Source: the human T2T-CHM13v2.0 reference genome, Homo sapiens. Taken from it: a stretch of DNA of 64,000 bases. The notes under the pieces were generated by a model, which worked only from the letters and a program-made list of their open reading frames with translations, had not been told where the DNA came from and ran no database searches. Positions within the stretch are counted from its first letter, which is position 1. Each line of letters begins with the position of its first letter. The stretch lies in NCBI RefSeq assembly GCF_009914755.1, contig NC_060930.1. One strand, written 5' to 3'. Below, one piece after another: positions 1-13,933 of the stretch. The translations under genes and the position numbers were made by a program.

Positions 1-434
1 ATGAACAGACAATTTTTAAATGAAAACATACATGTTGCCAACAAGCATATGAAAAAAAGCTCAACATTACCGATCGTTTGAGAAATGCAAAACAAAACCA
101 CAATAAGATACCATCTCATTGTGATGGTATCTCATTGTGTAATAATTGTCAAGATGGCAATTATTAAAAAGTCAAAAAATAACAGATGCTGAGGAGGTTG
201 CACAGAAATGGAAATGCATATGTACTGTTCGTGGGAATGTCAATTGGTTCAACTACTGTGGAAAGCAGTGTGGCAATTCCTCAAAAAGCTGAAAACAGAA
301 CTACAATTTGACCCAGCAATCCCATTATTGGGTATATACCCAAAGGAATATAAATCATTCTACTGTAAAGACACGTGCACACATATGTTTGTTGCAGCAC
401 TCCTCACAATAAGAAAGACATGGGATCAACCTAA

Positions 435-1149
<715 letters not shown>

Positions 1150-1729
1150 CTGGATAAAGAAAATGCAGTACATATACACCATGGAATACTGTGCAGCCAT
1201 TAAAAAGAATGAGATCATGTCTTTTGCAGGAACATGGATGGAGCTGGAGGCCATTATCCTTAGCAAACTGACACAGGAACAGAAAACAAAATACTATATG
1301 TTCTCACTTATCAGTGGGAGCCTAATGATGGTAACTCATGGACACAAAGAAGTGAACAATAGACATTGGGGCCTACCTAAGGGTAGAGGGTGAAAGGAGG
1401 GAGAGGATCAGAAAAAATACTATTGGGTAGTAGGCTTAGTATCTGGGTCATGAAATAACCTGTACAACAAACCCCCATGACACGAATTTACTTATATAAC
1501 TAACCCGCATATGTATTCCTGAACCTAAAAGTTTTATTTAAAAAAAGAATAAAATGTAAACAGAATATAAATGATTCATTCAGCACATTTCTAGCCTCCC
1601 ATAGTGTACATGAGACTTTCCCCAGATGAGCACAAGATTAATTTGTTTCACATGATTTATATAGTAATTGAGACCTCAGCATACTCAAACAGTAAATAAT
1701 AATACATGGTACTGCCTGGTGCTATTTAC

Positions 1730-1987
1730 CTGAGTTATTCATAAACTTAGCTCTACTATTACAGGCAGCTGTACCTACAATGATACCACTCAGGATTTGG
1801 ACTGGGCTCAGCAAGCATTGTGTACCATTGTGATCATAGGCAAGCTCAATAAAATCTTCCTCCATCCCAACATGGTAAGCAATGAATAGAGCTTTGGGGA
1901 GCAAGGTTTCATGTATCTGCAAAATGCTTGACAATTCAAAGCCATTCTTTGTTCTTATTGGTAAGGAACTTGGTGATAATTCAATTG
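1730..1987 (-). pseudogene. Pseudo-exon (258 nt, phase 1-1): AIELSPSSLPIRTKNGFELSSILQIHETLLPKALFIAYHVGMEEDFIELAYDHNGTQCLLSPVQILSGIIVGTAACNSRAKFMNNSG
   Basis: Acceptor ttcttctaaacctcaggcag, donor CAG|gtaaat; fully open frame (ORF 1722..2015); phase fits the upstream exon. Confidence 0.7.
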
Positions 1988-2702
1988 CTGCCTGAGGTTT
2001 AGAAGAACTAAGCAAATCAATTTCATTTCTTTAGATGTCGTCCTTGAGTTATTAAATTATTTTAAAATTTAATTGCATTGGAAGAGTTATTTCTGTGCTG
2101 TGATCAAGTCATAGTTCACAAGCATGTGGAAGGTGTCAGTCAGTCAGGAAACCTGTAAGGAAGAAACCAAATCTCTTTGCAAGAGCAACTGTATTTTCTG
2201 GGTGAATCCTACCCCTAGCTTCAGACCGAACATAAAGTAAAGAGGGGCTTTAGCATTTATCCATTCATTCCACAGATTTTTATTGTTTATCTACATTTCA
2301 AATAAAATTTCTAATGGAAGTTTTGATAGCTGTTTGAAAGAATTTACCATATCTTATATATCTCCAGATATTTATCTTTGTGACATAGGATGCTATATTG
2401 CCCTCATTCTTTTCTGTCTTTTCTTTCTTTTCTTAGATATATGAACTAAGTAGACAATAAGACTTCAGTGAATAAGAATCACGTGTTATAATTCTTCTGA
2501 GTCTGTACACATAAATGATACCTCTTAACTTATAAAATGACACTTGCCTTTTAAAAATAATTATTTTCTTAATGCTTTTCTTAGGTCTACCAGATAACAG
2601 ATTACTCAGATGAGAAATCCAACTAAAATTGCTGAACCATTGTGCCTGTGGACCAGAACAACTGCTCAAACCTTCTTCTCAGGAAAACTGAACAATACTT
2701 AC

Positions 2703-2815
2703 CACCAAAGCCCAAAGCTAAAATGCCAATTAACCTTTTTTTGGCAACTCTAGCTCCAGTGTTTGTTGTGTGCTCTTTGTCAAAGTTCATGAACTAGTTA
2801 GTAATTCCAAGTAAT
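2703..2815 (-). pseudogene. Pseudo-exon (113 nt, phase 2-1): LLGITN*FMNFDKEHTTNTGARVAKKRLIGILALGFG
   Basis: Strong acceptor tttgtatttactcttttctag, perfect donor gtaagt, one in-frame stop. Confidence 0.75.
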
Positions 2816-2904
2816 CTAGAAAAGAGTAAATACAAATAAAATATGTTGCTTTGTGCATGTGATGTTATTCTTTTTATGATATTTTAGACAGCTGTATGAT
2901 AAAC

Positions 2905-3011
2905 CTGCAGCTTCAAGTGGCCTGGCATCTGTATGGAATCGTAACACAGACCCACAGCCCGGCCACCAAAAAGTAAACTTTCACAGGGAGCGCTAATCTT
3001 CACTTATGTTT
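2905..3011 (-). pseudogene. Pseudo-exon (107 nt): NISED*RSL*KFTFWWPGCGSVLRFHTDARPLEAA
   Basis: Acceptor ttttttgatgttcttctag, donor CAG|gtttat, 89-nt downstream intron; 1 nt short of a phase match with the next exon. Confidence 0.7.
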
Positions 3012-3130
3012 CTAGAAGAACATCAAAAAAGAGCTATTTAATAATACACAACAACACTCCTCAAATTCCCTTCCTCCTTCCCCTACTTCTCTTCTGCGTA
3101 GCTTCTCCCAGCTTAAAACCCCAAACTGAC

Positions 3131-3291
3131 TCCACAGTCCCAGGTATAATGATTTTCCCGGTTTCTCATATCCCGAAATCTTTATAAGTAGATCAGCTTA
3201 TCTTCTCTGGCTTTGTCCTCCCTCCACTCTCTGGGCTTCTAGGGCCTTATCTTTCTTCTAATTCATCATCGGACAATATCCAGGAGCCAGG
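3131..3291 (-). pseudogene. Pseudo-exon (161 nt, phase 0-2): PGSWILSDDELEER*GPRSPESGGRTKPEKIS*STYKDFGI*ETGKIIIPGTV
   Basis: Acceptor tcttttctag, donor gtcagt; phases match both neighbours. Confidence 0.7.
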
Positions 3292-3606
3292 CTAGAAAAG
3301 ATTCTCCTTCAGTGGGAGGAAGGGATAGGGAGAGGAATATGGTAAAAAATATTTTAAAAAATAAATTATGTCCCTATGACACACAGTAAATAGAATTAGA
3401 AGAAAATCAGGCAGTTCTGTAGATTTTGGCTACATGTGGCAGAAAATCTAAGTCCTATTAATACATCAACTTAATTATCTAGATATTTCAGTGATATTAA
3501 TATTCAGGCAAAAATCACTGCCTTATTTCCCCAATTCAAATTAATCCTGTGGCATATATCCCTCAGTAGCATAATTTAACTACTAATGACACACAAGTTT
3601 TCATCT

Positions 3607-4370
3607 CAGAGGTCAACAAATAGAAGTGTACAGCCTGTTTTTATGCAGCCCACAAGTCAGGACTATTTTTTACGTTTTTTAAAATGATTGGAAAAAAGTC
3701 AAAAGAAGAATAATATTTTGTGACCCATGAAAATTATGTGCCCTTCAAATTTCAGGGTTCATAAATGTTGGTTGTATTGGAACAAAGCCTCGCCCATTCA
3801 TTTACCGTTGACCCATGATCAACACGGGTTTGAACTGCCTGGATTCACTTATACATGAGTTTTCTTCCAGCTCCCCCATTCCTGAGAGAGCAGACCAATC
3901 CCACCTCTTCCTCCTCCTCCTCGGCCTATTCAATGTGAAGACGACGAGGATGAAGACCTTTAGAATAATCCACTTCCACTTAATGAATAGTAAATATATT
4001 TTCACTTCCTTATGATTTTTCTTAATAATATTCTCTTTTCTCTATGTACCTTATTGTAAAAATATACTATATAATACCTACAACATATAAAATATATATG
4101 TATTGACTTCATGTTATCAACAAGGATCCCAGTCAACAGTAGGCTATTGGTAGTTAAGTTCTGGGGGAGTCAAAAGTTATATGTGGATTTCCAACTGCAT
4201 GGGGGTTCAGTGCCTCTAGCTCCATGTTGCTTGAGGGTCAACTGTCCATGCTGTCTGAGGCTACTTTTGTGCTATGACTGCAGAGATGAGAAAAGACAGA
4301 GACCACACGACCCACAGAATCTAAAATATTTACTAACTATCTGGACTTTAATAGAAAAACCTGACCCCTG
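3607..4370. mobile_element. MER58B (hAT-Charlie) split by Tigger2a
   Basis: cagaggtc...gacccctg termini and MER58B internal sequence on both sides of the Tigger. Confidence 0.8.
3805..4244 (+). mobile_element. Tigger2a (TcMar-Tigger)
   Basis: TIRs ccgttgaccc/gggtcaactg, about 440 bp, typical internal sequence. Confidence 0.85.
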
Positions 4371-4674
4371 CTTTTCTCATAAAACTCCAGTCTTATTTGA
4401 TTCAGGAAGTTACTCTGGTGTCTGCTTAATATTTAGACAGCTAAAGGTCACTGTATGTATCTAACATGAACTTTTTTATCCTATGAAAAATAGATCAGCA
4501 CAGAATTATTTGCCCTGAAAAACTGCAAGCCTCAAAATGACTAGGTCTATGAAGAAAGTACATATTTATAGAAGAAATATAGCCCTGGATGCTCTGGATA
4601 CTATTTTCATTTCTATTAAAACAGAACCAAGGACTTTTTAAAATTGTTGTTATTACAGCAAATTTAGAACTCAC

Positions 4675-5251
<577 letters not shown>

Positions 5252-5444
5252 CTATACTAAGTACATTTTAAATTATAAAGTCATTTCTCTCTGTTTTTTT
5301 CTTTCTCTCCTCACTTTTGCTTCCTTCTCTTAATTTGCGTTTTGAATATCTCAAGTCCTGTTCTTATTTCATGTAGAAGCCAGGCTCACTCTCTATACAC
5401 CGTCTCCCTCTCCTTGTCTTCTTAAGCCACTTGAAAACACTCAC

Positions 5445-5532
5445 TTATCCAGCCTTGGAGGTAAAAGTACCCTGAGGACTTCAAGGTTACCAAACGCAAA
5501 AGCTGTCTTTTATTTATTTCACAGTCAGTATA
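5445..5532 (-). pseudogene. Pseudo-exon (88 nt, phase 0-1): YTDCEINKRQLLRLVTLKSSGYFYLQGWI
   Basis: Acceptor ttttcattctgtgctctcag, donor gtgagt, open frame. Confidence 0.6.
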
Positions 5533-6273
5533 CTGAGAGCACAGAATGAAAATTTCAGTTGTACAGATCTGCCTGTGTTTAGAAGTGTTTTTAAAAAGCA
5601 ATAGGACTTCTTATGACATTAAAAAAATTACTCAGTTAATAGCCTTGTTTATGCCAGGATAGCAGGAAGAAATGCACCGTTAAAGCTGATAAAAGAAAAG
5701 ATAAACCCAAAATACATTATTATTCATGTGTTTGAAAAGCTAAAACCACTGGTGAGCATTAAATGCTTGGTGTAGAAGGGGAGACATTTGAAGTTATCAA
5801 AGCAAAAAGTCCTGAAGTCGAAGAGAAAGAAGCTCTCGTTTAAAGAATAGTTGAAGCTACTACTTTTAAATGGCATGAATTTTGAAGTCATGGAAAAAGA
5901 CATAGAAAAAGCCAAAATGTTGGAAAGCTGACAGCTGAAGGGGAAGGAATAATTGGTGAGGCCTGAGCAATGAATTGGAAAGTTCCAGGAGTACAGCTTT
6001 GAGAGATCAATTAACGTGAACTGTTATCCAAGTCCCGGAAGTACAAACTTATCCTTTGCCTAAGTAGTTTAGTCATAACAATACACAAACACACATGTGT
6101 GCACACAGGCCCCTTGCTTCCCAAATAAGTCTGGAGTTTTATGAAACAGACTGCTTCTGGTCTTAACCTGGTAGACAAGAGGCAGGAGACACGGTCCAGG
6201 TTTGGAGAATATGTCAGAAAAGCAGCAGTCAGTCCCGACCTGACTACCTACCATCTGTGTAACTTTAGACAGG

Positions 6274-6686
6274 TGTTATGGGCTGAACCATGTCCCCAAA
6301 ATCTATACATTGAGCCCCTAAACTCCAATTACTCAGACTGTGATTTTATTTGGAGATAGGGCCCTTAAAGTGGTGATTAAGTTAAAATGAGTCCCTTAAG
6401 GTGGGCCCTAATCTATTCTGACTGATGTCCTTATAAGAAAAGAATATTTAGACACATAAAGAGATGCAAGGGACATGCACAGAGAAGAAAAGCCATATGA
6501 GGACACGAGAAGGCAGCCACTTTCATATCAAGGAGAGAGGTCTCAGGAGGAATCAACCCTGTGTCTTGGGAGAAACCACCTTGATCTTGGACTTCCAGCC
6601 CCCAGAACGAAGAAAAAATCAATTTCTGTTGTGGAAGCCACCCAGTCTGTGGTACCTTGTTATGGCAGCCTGAGAAGACTAATACA
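6274..6686 (+). mobile_element. MLT1B-like LTR, flanked by MIR/L2 fragments
   Basis: tgttatgggctgaa...gactaataca. Confidence 0.85.
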
Positions 6687-7200
6687 CCCAGTAACCAACA
6701 CAGAATCTCCCCAAGGGCGGGCATTTTTTCCCCTTTTGTCAGCAGCAGTATTCTCAGCAATTTGGACAGTCCCTTGCAGTAATAAGGTCTCACTATGCAT
6801 TTAGTGAATGGACGAATGAATGGGTGAAGCATCTATTTTCTCATCTGTAAAGACAGAACCATCATAATCCTATTGCACCAGTTCCTGGTAAGTAACAGAG
6901 AGAACTATATGTACATATTTCTTTTATCTACAAAAGACCACACTAGAAGTATTCTTCATGTTGCCCCATCACCATCATCACAGCAATATGTGAATGACAA
7001 ATTTTCCAAATCTCAGTTTCATCGCAAAGTGGATATGAGAGAATTGTTTGTCTCAGAGAGGCTGTGGGAAAAAAAATGAATTATCAATTATTATCTGGAA
7101 AGAATGTACGAGTTTTTAGATTTTAGAATTATACACATTATTATGCATATTCTGGGGCTCCGATGACACATGAGTTCAGGATATTTAGTTGTCAACACAC

Positions 7201-7424
7201 CTTAAAGCAGCACAAGTGCTTCTTGAAATTGTCTGTGTCTCATAACTGTTTATTCAGATGCACTGAATAAACAATTATGGAACACAGGCAATTGGAGATC
7301 TCCATAAAATAGGGGTCATTTTCACCAATATTACTGTATTTATTGCACCCAAGTGTATTTTAGCATAACACTTGTAATAATGTAAAATTGCCCTCTGTTT
7401 TATAGGTAATGCTACTCAGTTACA
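7201..7424 (-). pseudogene. Candidate pseudo-exon (224 nt, ends in phase 0): ...LSSITYKTEGNFTLLQVLC*...NFKKHLCCFK
   Basis: Acceptor gttctttccccttag, donor AAG|gtgtgt; three stops. Confidence 0.5.
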
Positions 7425-7809
7425 CTAAGGGGAAAGAAACACCAAATCTGCAAGCTAGGCATTTTTTTCAGCATTCAAAATATGACCACAAGAAGTGTCA
7501 TGACAATTTAATTGCTTCAAAGTCATATTCTGAGACATACAGTTCATAATTTTAAAGCAATTCATCCACATTCAACCCTGGAATTACTAGCCCACAGTTT
7601 CTTGGATTCTGTCATAGTTTTTGCCACTTAAAATTACTAAGGTTAATTTGATTTTAGTAAAGTGAGTGAGATTTAGAGACAGACATTTGGAGTTTCATTT
7701 TCCTTTCCACCACTCTTTATTTCCAGTGATGGGAAAATTGTGTTAAACCCTTGGAGCTTCAGTTTCCTTATCTGTAAAATTCAGTATAATGATGTCAACT
7801 ACACTCATT

Positions 7810-8536
7810 ACAAACATAGGCTTTGGAGGTAGACAACAACCAAGATGTAAATGCTAGCTTTTCTCTCACTAGCCATGGACTGAGACACACTAATCCATGA
7901 ACACTTCTGGGTCTTGAGGTCTTCATCTGGCAGGTTGTCACACACAAAGTATAATTCGGTGATATGGTTAGGCTTTGTGTCCCCATCCAAATCTTATCTG
8001 GAATTGTAATCTCCAGGTGTTCAGGGAGAGACCTCGTGGGAGGTGATTAGATCATAAGGGCAGTTTCCCCCATGCTATTCTTGTGATAGTGAAGGAGTTC
8101 TCACGAGATCTGATGGTTTTATAAATGGCAGCTTGCCCCTGGGCTTTTCCCCTTTTCTCTCCTGCCACCCTGTGAAGAGGTACCTGCTTCCCCTTTGCCT
8201 TCTGCCACGATTGTAAATTTCCTGAGGCTCCAGCAATGCAGAACTGTGAGTCAATTAAACATCTTTTCTTTATAAATTACCCAGTTTCCAGTATTTCTTT
8301 ACAGGAGTGTGAAAACGGACTGATACATTTGGCATCACACAGAGGCACTCAGCTAAAGGTGAAAGGGGAGACAATATCCTCTGCTTGTTGAGCCTTGTGA
8401 CCTGGCATGGCTGCCCATTGGAAGCAGTGGAGTTTTACCCATTAAGATGTAATCTTCTCTCAGACCATGTGCTCACCCTTAGGAGACCCTCTTCTAATTC
8501 ACACAAAGCATTATGTTGCCCAACTTTGCTGTGTAC
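7810..8536 (-). pseudogene. Two candidate pseudo-exons: 8536-8477 (VHSKVGQHNALCELEEGLLR) and one starting at 8352 that is interrupted by a THE1 LTR
   Basis: Donor AGG|gtgagc at 8476; acceptor ctcccctttcacctttag at 8353; lower boundary uncertain. Confidence 0.45.
7960..8327 (+). mobile_element. THE1D-like solo LTR
   Basis: tgatatggttaggc...gactgataca; TSD ttcgg/tttgg. Confidence 0.9.
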
Positions 8537-9472
8537 CTGTCTCTCTTTGTATCTGTTCAACTTTGAGGATGAAATAAGATACATGTGTAAAACACCTGCC
8601 CATGCTGGTGTGCCCCACATTAGCTGCTGGCTGTGACATTCAACCCCCTCCTTTCCATACTCATTGCCAGTGCCCAAAGCAGTTCAGCTTCTGATCATTT
8701 CTTGCCACAGCAGCTTCTTTAGCCTCACAATAGGTCCTTTGCCTCCATTGCAACCCTAATTCATTCTCATTCATTGGGCCAATGTAAAGGTGATGTACCA
8801 TGCCTGCCGAGATCCTGAATGGCCTGTCCAGATTGCTGAGTGTGGTTTATGGGTTCCTCTGTCATTGTTAGTGTCTGCCCAGCTCCACAAGCCCAAGCTC
8901 TCTGCTCAGCAGCCCCCTGACCAACCCACCTTCCTGCCTCTGTGCCTTCGAGCAGTGAGTGTCCGGCATGGCTTTCCACCCATTTGCTTTGCTGACCAGC
9001 TGCTACTCACTCTTCAAGATTCACCTTCCATCACATATTTCCAGATGTGTGCCCTAAGCCAGCTCTTTGACCTTGCCCACTCCTACTCCAAAGTAATTTG
9101 CCCAAAGCCACACAGTAAGTGGTGAAACTCAGATTTGAACCTCAAGCTACCTGATTCCAATTTCCTCGCTCCTTCCATTGTGCTGTCCTGCTTCTTTTAT
9201 ACAGTAAACTCGATTCTGATTGGTTTAACAGTGCCTCTGATTTCCATTCATTAAGCAGAGCTGAGGATGAATTGGGCCAGACCAACTTTTTCTAAAGACC
9301 TGGTTTTTAACCTCTAACATGTAATGTATCACACATTACTAGAATTGTTTACTTTTCTTGTCTCTTCCACCTGACTGCTTGAATCCTGAGTTGGAACTGT
9401 TCTATTCATGGGTACCCCAGGTTCTGGCATGCAGTAGGCACCCAACAAACGGGTGAAAGAGAGGGGAGGTAC

Positions 9473-10167
9473 ATTATTGTGGGGTCAAAGAGGAAATCGA
9501 TTTAAAAAGTGTTTTACTAGCTGTGAAGTACTACGAAATGATCATTTCTTTGCCTTGCTTATTCTTGCTTTCACCCTTGCTTCAACCTTAGCATCATCCT
9601 TCTCTTTTTCCATCAGACCCCAAATTCTGAAGCCCTAGAAAATTCTGGAAGTCACCTTTGTATTGAAGAAGTAAAAAGGTGAAAATTTCCATAGATTATA
9701 CTTAATACTAAAGAAGCTAATCTCATTAAGATCAGGGACTTTAATTTAAACATGCTTGCATCTCCACAAGCATCTCACACCAAATAGAAGCTCCAAAAGT
9801 ATTGACAATTGTCTTAAAATCTTGCATAAAGGTGTATATGATTTATACCAGAATTCTAATATTGTGCTATTTTCCACATCTCTTAAAATAAAGAGGCAAA
9901 TCCAAGTAAAACTAAACAAACAAAAGCAAAAACAGTATTTTATAGATATATAATTTTGTAGCCTAGAGGCTATGAAGGGTAGAGCGAAAGTGTGTTTGTA
10001 TGTGCGCTTGTGACTGCCTTTTAAGGAAAAGAATTGGGAAGATTCTTTAGACTTTATGGAACACATGTAACCCAAAACCTTTCATCTTTAAGGGAAAAAA
10101 AATCAAGAAAACTTTAGAGTCCCTGTGAACAAGACATTAAATGTTTTGGGAGATTTGGGAGGAAATC
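9473..10167 (-). pseudogene. Three candidate pseudo-exons starting at 10167 (DFLPNLPKHLMSCSQGL*SFLDFFSLKDERFW...), 9881 (DVENSTILEFWYKSY...) and 9634 (GFRIWGLMEKEKDDAKVEARVKARISKAKK*SF...)
   Basis: Acceptors ttcctttttccttaag, ctctttattttaag and aattttctag; protein-like translations; donors decayed. Confidence 0.55.
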
Positions 10168-11402
10168 CTTAAGGAAAAAGGAAGAATCTTGTGACCGAGG
10201 TTGGCGAGAGTGTGATATTCTACCAGCTTCAGGGAAGAGAGGTTTGGGGTCTTGGGATGTGCACGTGGGCTTGAGCAGTGGACCCCTGAGTGACAGAGCC
10301 AGTGGTGCAGAGCTGAGGACCCCAGTTATCAAGATCAGAAGGCAGGATGTGCAGGACAGACAACAGCTTCGAGTCTGCGTGCTAGGCTGTGCCATTCAAG
10401 ACGTCTCTCTTGCTGGGACTCCCAGGGGGACTCTGCCAACCACCAGGTAAAAGGAAGCATTGGCTTCTATGGGAGGAAGGAGGCTCAGGTTTTAGTTACT
10501 GTGGCCTTTCTGTGGCTAAGGCAGCACATGTCAAAGATGGTGGACAGAACACCCCAGGATGCGTATGCTGGAGGGGAGCCTCTTGAGAGATACAGCATTG
10601 GGAAGCCTTAGCTGCTTGAAAAGGCACTGGGAACTCTCTGTCCCAAGAAAGACTGCAAATTCAGAGCCACAGAATACAATCAAGCTGACTGCGCAGTGCT
10701 GACACCTAGAGGTACCATTCCCATTGACTGCACCTTCTGGAGTTGTGCAGTGCACAACTTGCATAACTGTGCATCATGACCTTAGGTCATATTTTCTTGG
10801 GAAAACTCGCCCCATATGAGGTGGCAGGACATCAGAGCTGTTGTGTTGTATTGGGATGATGCTTCCTTGTCTAGTCAATTACCTGTGAGTGAATTGCAGG
10901 AAAATTAAGTCACTTAGACTGAGGATTTTAAGAACTTGCTTAAGGCTTAGTAATGTTCTTGGCTGCAATTTCTCAGAAATGAATTTTCCACTGATAGGAA
11001 GCTCTTCTGCAGAAGCCTGGACTGACCTCACATATAATGTGGACTCCTGTCACTACCCAGGACTGGCACCAAGAGCACCCAAGGGGATTTAGTGGGAATG
11101 CCAGTGTTTGAAAACCAAGAATGTCTGGAAGCCTTTCTTTGATATCACAAGAAGGCAGAGGAGGAAGACAACTTGAAAACTTATAAAATTTTCCCTCACT
11201 ACAATCCTACATGATAAGTCTTTTCATCATTACACAGAGAAGTTGATGCTCAGCTTCTGCTGAGCTGGTTCTTCTTGAGTCATTTATTCAAAACCACACA
11301 ACAAAAAAATAGTGAAGTCCAATTTGCCCCCCAAGCTACTTGACTCCATTTTCATCTTTCTTCCCATTGCACCACTCTTCTTCCCCTTATACATCAAAAT
11401 AC

Positions 11403-12401
11403 ATTCTGATTAGTTTAACGGTGCCTCTGATTTCAGTAGATTAATCAGAGCTGAGGTTAAGTTGGGCCCAAAGTTTGCCTCCAGTTCTCCATGGTTAATC
11501 CACCATCTGCTGGGAAGAATGGTCAGTGTTTAAAGAGAAGCAAAAGAATCCACTGTCTGCCATTCCTATCACTTCCATTTCAGCAAATATTTCATTTGGT
11601 CTTTAATGAGCATTGTATTTGGAGTTTCTCCTCAAGCCTGTTAAATGTCCCTGTTTCATAGCCCGACTTCAGAAGCATTCAAGAAAATCCTTGAGCCAAA
11701 ATGTTAGCAGGTCTGATTGCCTTTCTTTCCCTTCCAGGTCACAGTAACTATCACAATGGCAATGATGACAGCATTTTTGAACATGGATCCCCTTTACCTG
11801 AATCACTAAAGGACACCCTTTAGGTGATAGTTGGTCTGAATGATGTACCATCTTTCCAGGGCTGAGGTGGAATAACCGTTGGAGCTCCACAGGACCCCCT
11901 TTAGTCATTCAGAATCACTTTAACTTAAATGGTAGAAGAAAACTCTGAAGAGTTGCCATAGTTTAAATAAAATTTAGGGGAAAAATAGCAGAAGAAATCA
12001 TCTTAATTTAACATACAAAGAGCTATATTTCAGTTCTATCCAATTAGCAGTGCTCAATATTATTAAAATCTGTTGACAAAAAAGTAGCAGATGCTCCATT
12101 TTCCTTGATGTTAATTAATGAAGTTTTTACCTGTAAAAATTTGAAGAAACCGGATCTTTTATAATCAAATAGCTTTCGCCTACACAAAATCTACGTCTGG
12201 AAAAACATGTAAGTGTGTCAATATTCAAAAGGGATAATTATCCTTTGAATTCTCCAGATCTTCATTTCTCTTTCTTAGTGTTCTCCAAATCCAAACAGGC
12301 AGCAGTTTCCACTGAAATAAACGGTGATAATAATTACGTGGTGGAAGTCACCAGTTATCTCTGGCTGACTCTTTTATGGCAGGGATGGCTCATTGGCAGT
12401 G
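11403..12401 (-). pseudogene. Four phase-matched pseudo-exons: 12401-12242 (2-0), 12130-12017 (0-0), 11923-11798 (0-0), 11637-11403 (0-1)
   Basis: Acceptors ttttaattttatag, caaatttttacag, ctaccatttaag and catttaacag; donors (a)taatt, gtatgt, gtaaag and gtattt; lengths 160/114/126/235 keep the frame; e.g. MTKGGPVELQRLFHLSPGKMVHHSDQ and ILPSRWWINHGELEANFGPNLTSALINLLKSE. Confidence 0.7.
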
Positions 12402-12494
12402 CTATAAAATTAAAAGATTATAATAATCCTAACAAGATACTCCACCTATTTTCAACCTATGGAGAAGAGTTTGTGTGAATGTTGATTTTCTAGC

Positions 12495-12860
12495 TTTTTA
12501 ATCAGAGAAAATTTTGAACATAAACAAAAGTTGAATAATATGGTAAACCCCCAATTATCCGTTACCCAGCTTCAATAATTATCAACACCTGGACATTCTT
12601 ACTTCATTTATGACTCTGCCCACTTTCCTGTCCTTCCATTATACCGTTTCATGCATAAGTATTTCAGCGTGGATCACTGAAGATAAGGATTCTTTACCTA
12701 AACACAAGTGAAACAGTCCTATAACATCTTGTAAAAAAAAATGACATCAATTTCTTAACGTCAGTGTACAAGTTTTCCTGTTTACCTCCTAATTTTTAGA
12801 GGTTGTTTGGTTTCTTTAAATCAGACCCAAATCAGGTTTATAGATTGCAGTTTGTTATAA
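12495..12860 (-). mobile_element. L1MC-type 3' UTR fragment
   Basis: Resembles antisense L1MC4/5 3' end. Confidence 0.6.
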
Positions 12861-12879
12861 TAAACTATACCAAAATTTT

Positions 12880-13170
12880 CCTGGTTTAAAATTATAAACA
12901 TTTATTTCATGTTCAGGCTACATTGAACCCTGACCTGGCTCAGCTGGGCTTGGTTGTGCTCAGCCCCATTTGTCCTCTGGTCCTGGAGGCCTGGCTAAAG
13001 GAGCAGCTCCCATGTGGGGCATATTGTTCTCAAGGAGGAGGGAGAAGCACAGAGGCAGAGCCAAGCCACACAAGAACATCGAAGGCTTCTGCTTGGACTC
13101 AACACCTGTCTGTCCCTTCCACTCACATTTCAAAGACCAGCGCGAATCAATGACCAAAGCCCAGTCCAAC
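12880..13170 (-). mobile_element. Old MLT1-family LTR fragment
   Basis: Resembles MLT1J/K-type sequence. Confidence 0.5.
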
Positions 13171-13613
13171 TGGCCCCTAAGCCCAGACCACAGATTTTTG
13201 TTCTGCTAAAGATGAGAAAAGAGGTTTATGTAGCCCACTGAAGGTTATGTGACCTAATAAGTGAGGAGACCACAGAACAAAAGGTCAAAGCACCCTGGTC
13301 CATTTGTGTCCATAAAGACTCTTCTCCATCAGCCCCTCACCCCCCACCATTTTAAAACTGAAGCATCAAAATTGGAATCCGAGGTCTGGGTGTCTTCACT
13401 TCCTAACATGTAATTGAGAGGCTCCTCACCCAATGCTGCCCTTGACAGGGCTCAGTACTCTTCCTCCTCATCGTGAATCACCATTTCTGGAGGTCCACAG
13501 GGTGTTAGGTGCTATGAAATAAAAAAGCAGCTTTCCTGGAAAATTACTGGATTAAGCCGAGGTAATAGTTTTCTTGGTCACAGGTTTTCTCAGAGACATT
13601 AATATGCACTACA

Positions 13614-13868
13614 GACCAGACACAGTGGCTCACACCTGTCATCTCAGCACTTTGGGAGGCTGAGGCTGGAGAATCACTCGAGTTCAGGAGTTTCAGACCA
13701 GGACCAGCCTGGGCAACATGGTGAAACTCCATCTCTACAAACAATACAAAAATTAGCTAGACATGGTGGCAGGTGTCTGTAGTCCCAGATACTTGAAGGG
13801 CTGAGGTGGAAGGATCGCTTGAGCCCAGGAGGGTGAAGCTGCAGTGAGCCAAGGTCATAACAAAAAAG
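13614..13868 (+). mobile_element. AluJ, 3'-truncated
   Basis: AluJ diagnostics (gaggatcgcttgagcccagg-like); ends before the canonical 3' end. Confidence 0.9.
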
Positions 13869-13933
13869 CACTAAAAGCACTACGTAGATAAGTCTCAAAG
13901 ATAGGAGTCAGCAGTTGGCAGCATTTCTCATAC

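Noticed and set aside
5724-5915. Phe/Ser-rich minus ORF as a possible extra exon of the pseudogene
   Set aside because: No convincing donor, and the flanking exons (7201 and 5532) already join in phase without it.
11824-11856. ERWYIIQTNY resembling an acid ceramidase/NAAA motif
   Set aside because: Splice phases support a different frame (KMVHHSD), and no other ceramidase motifs flank it.
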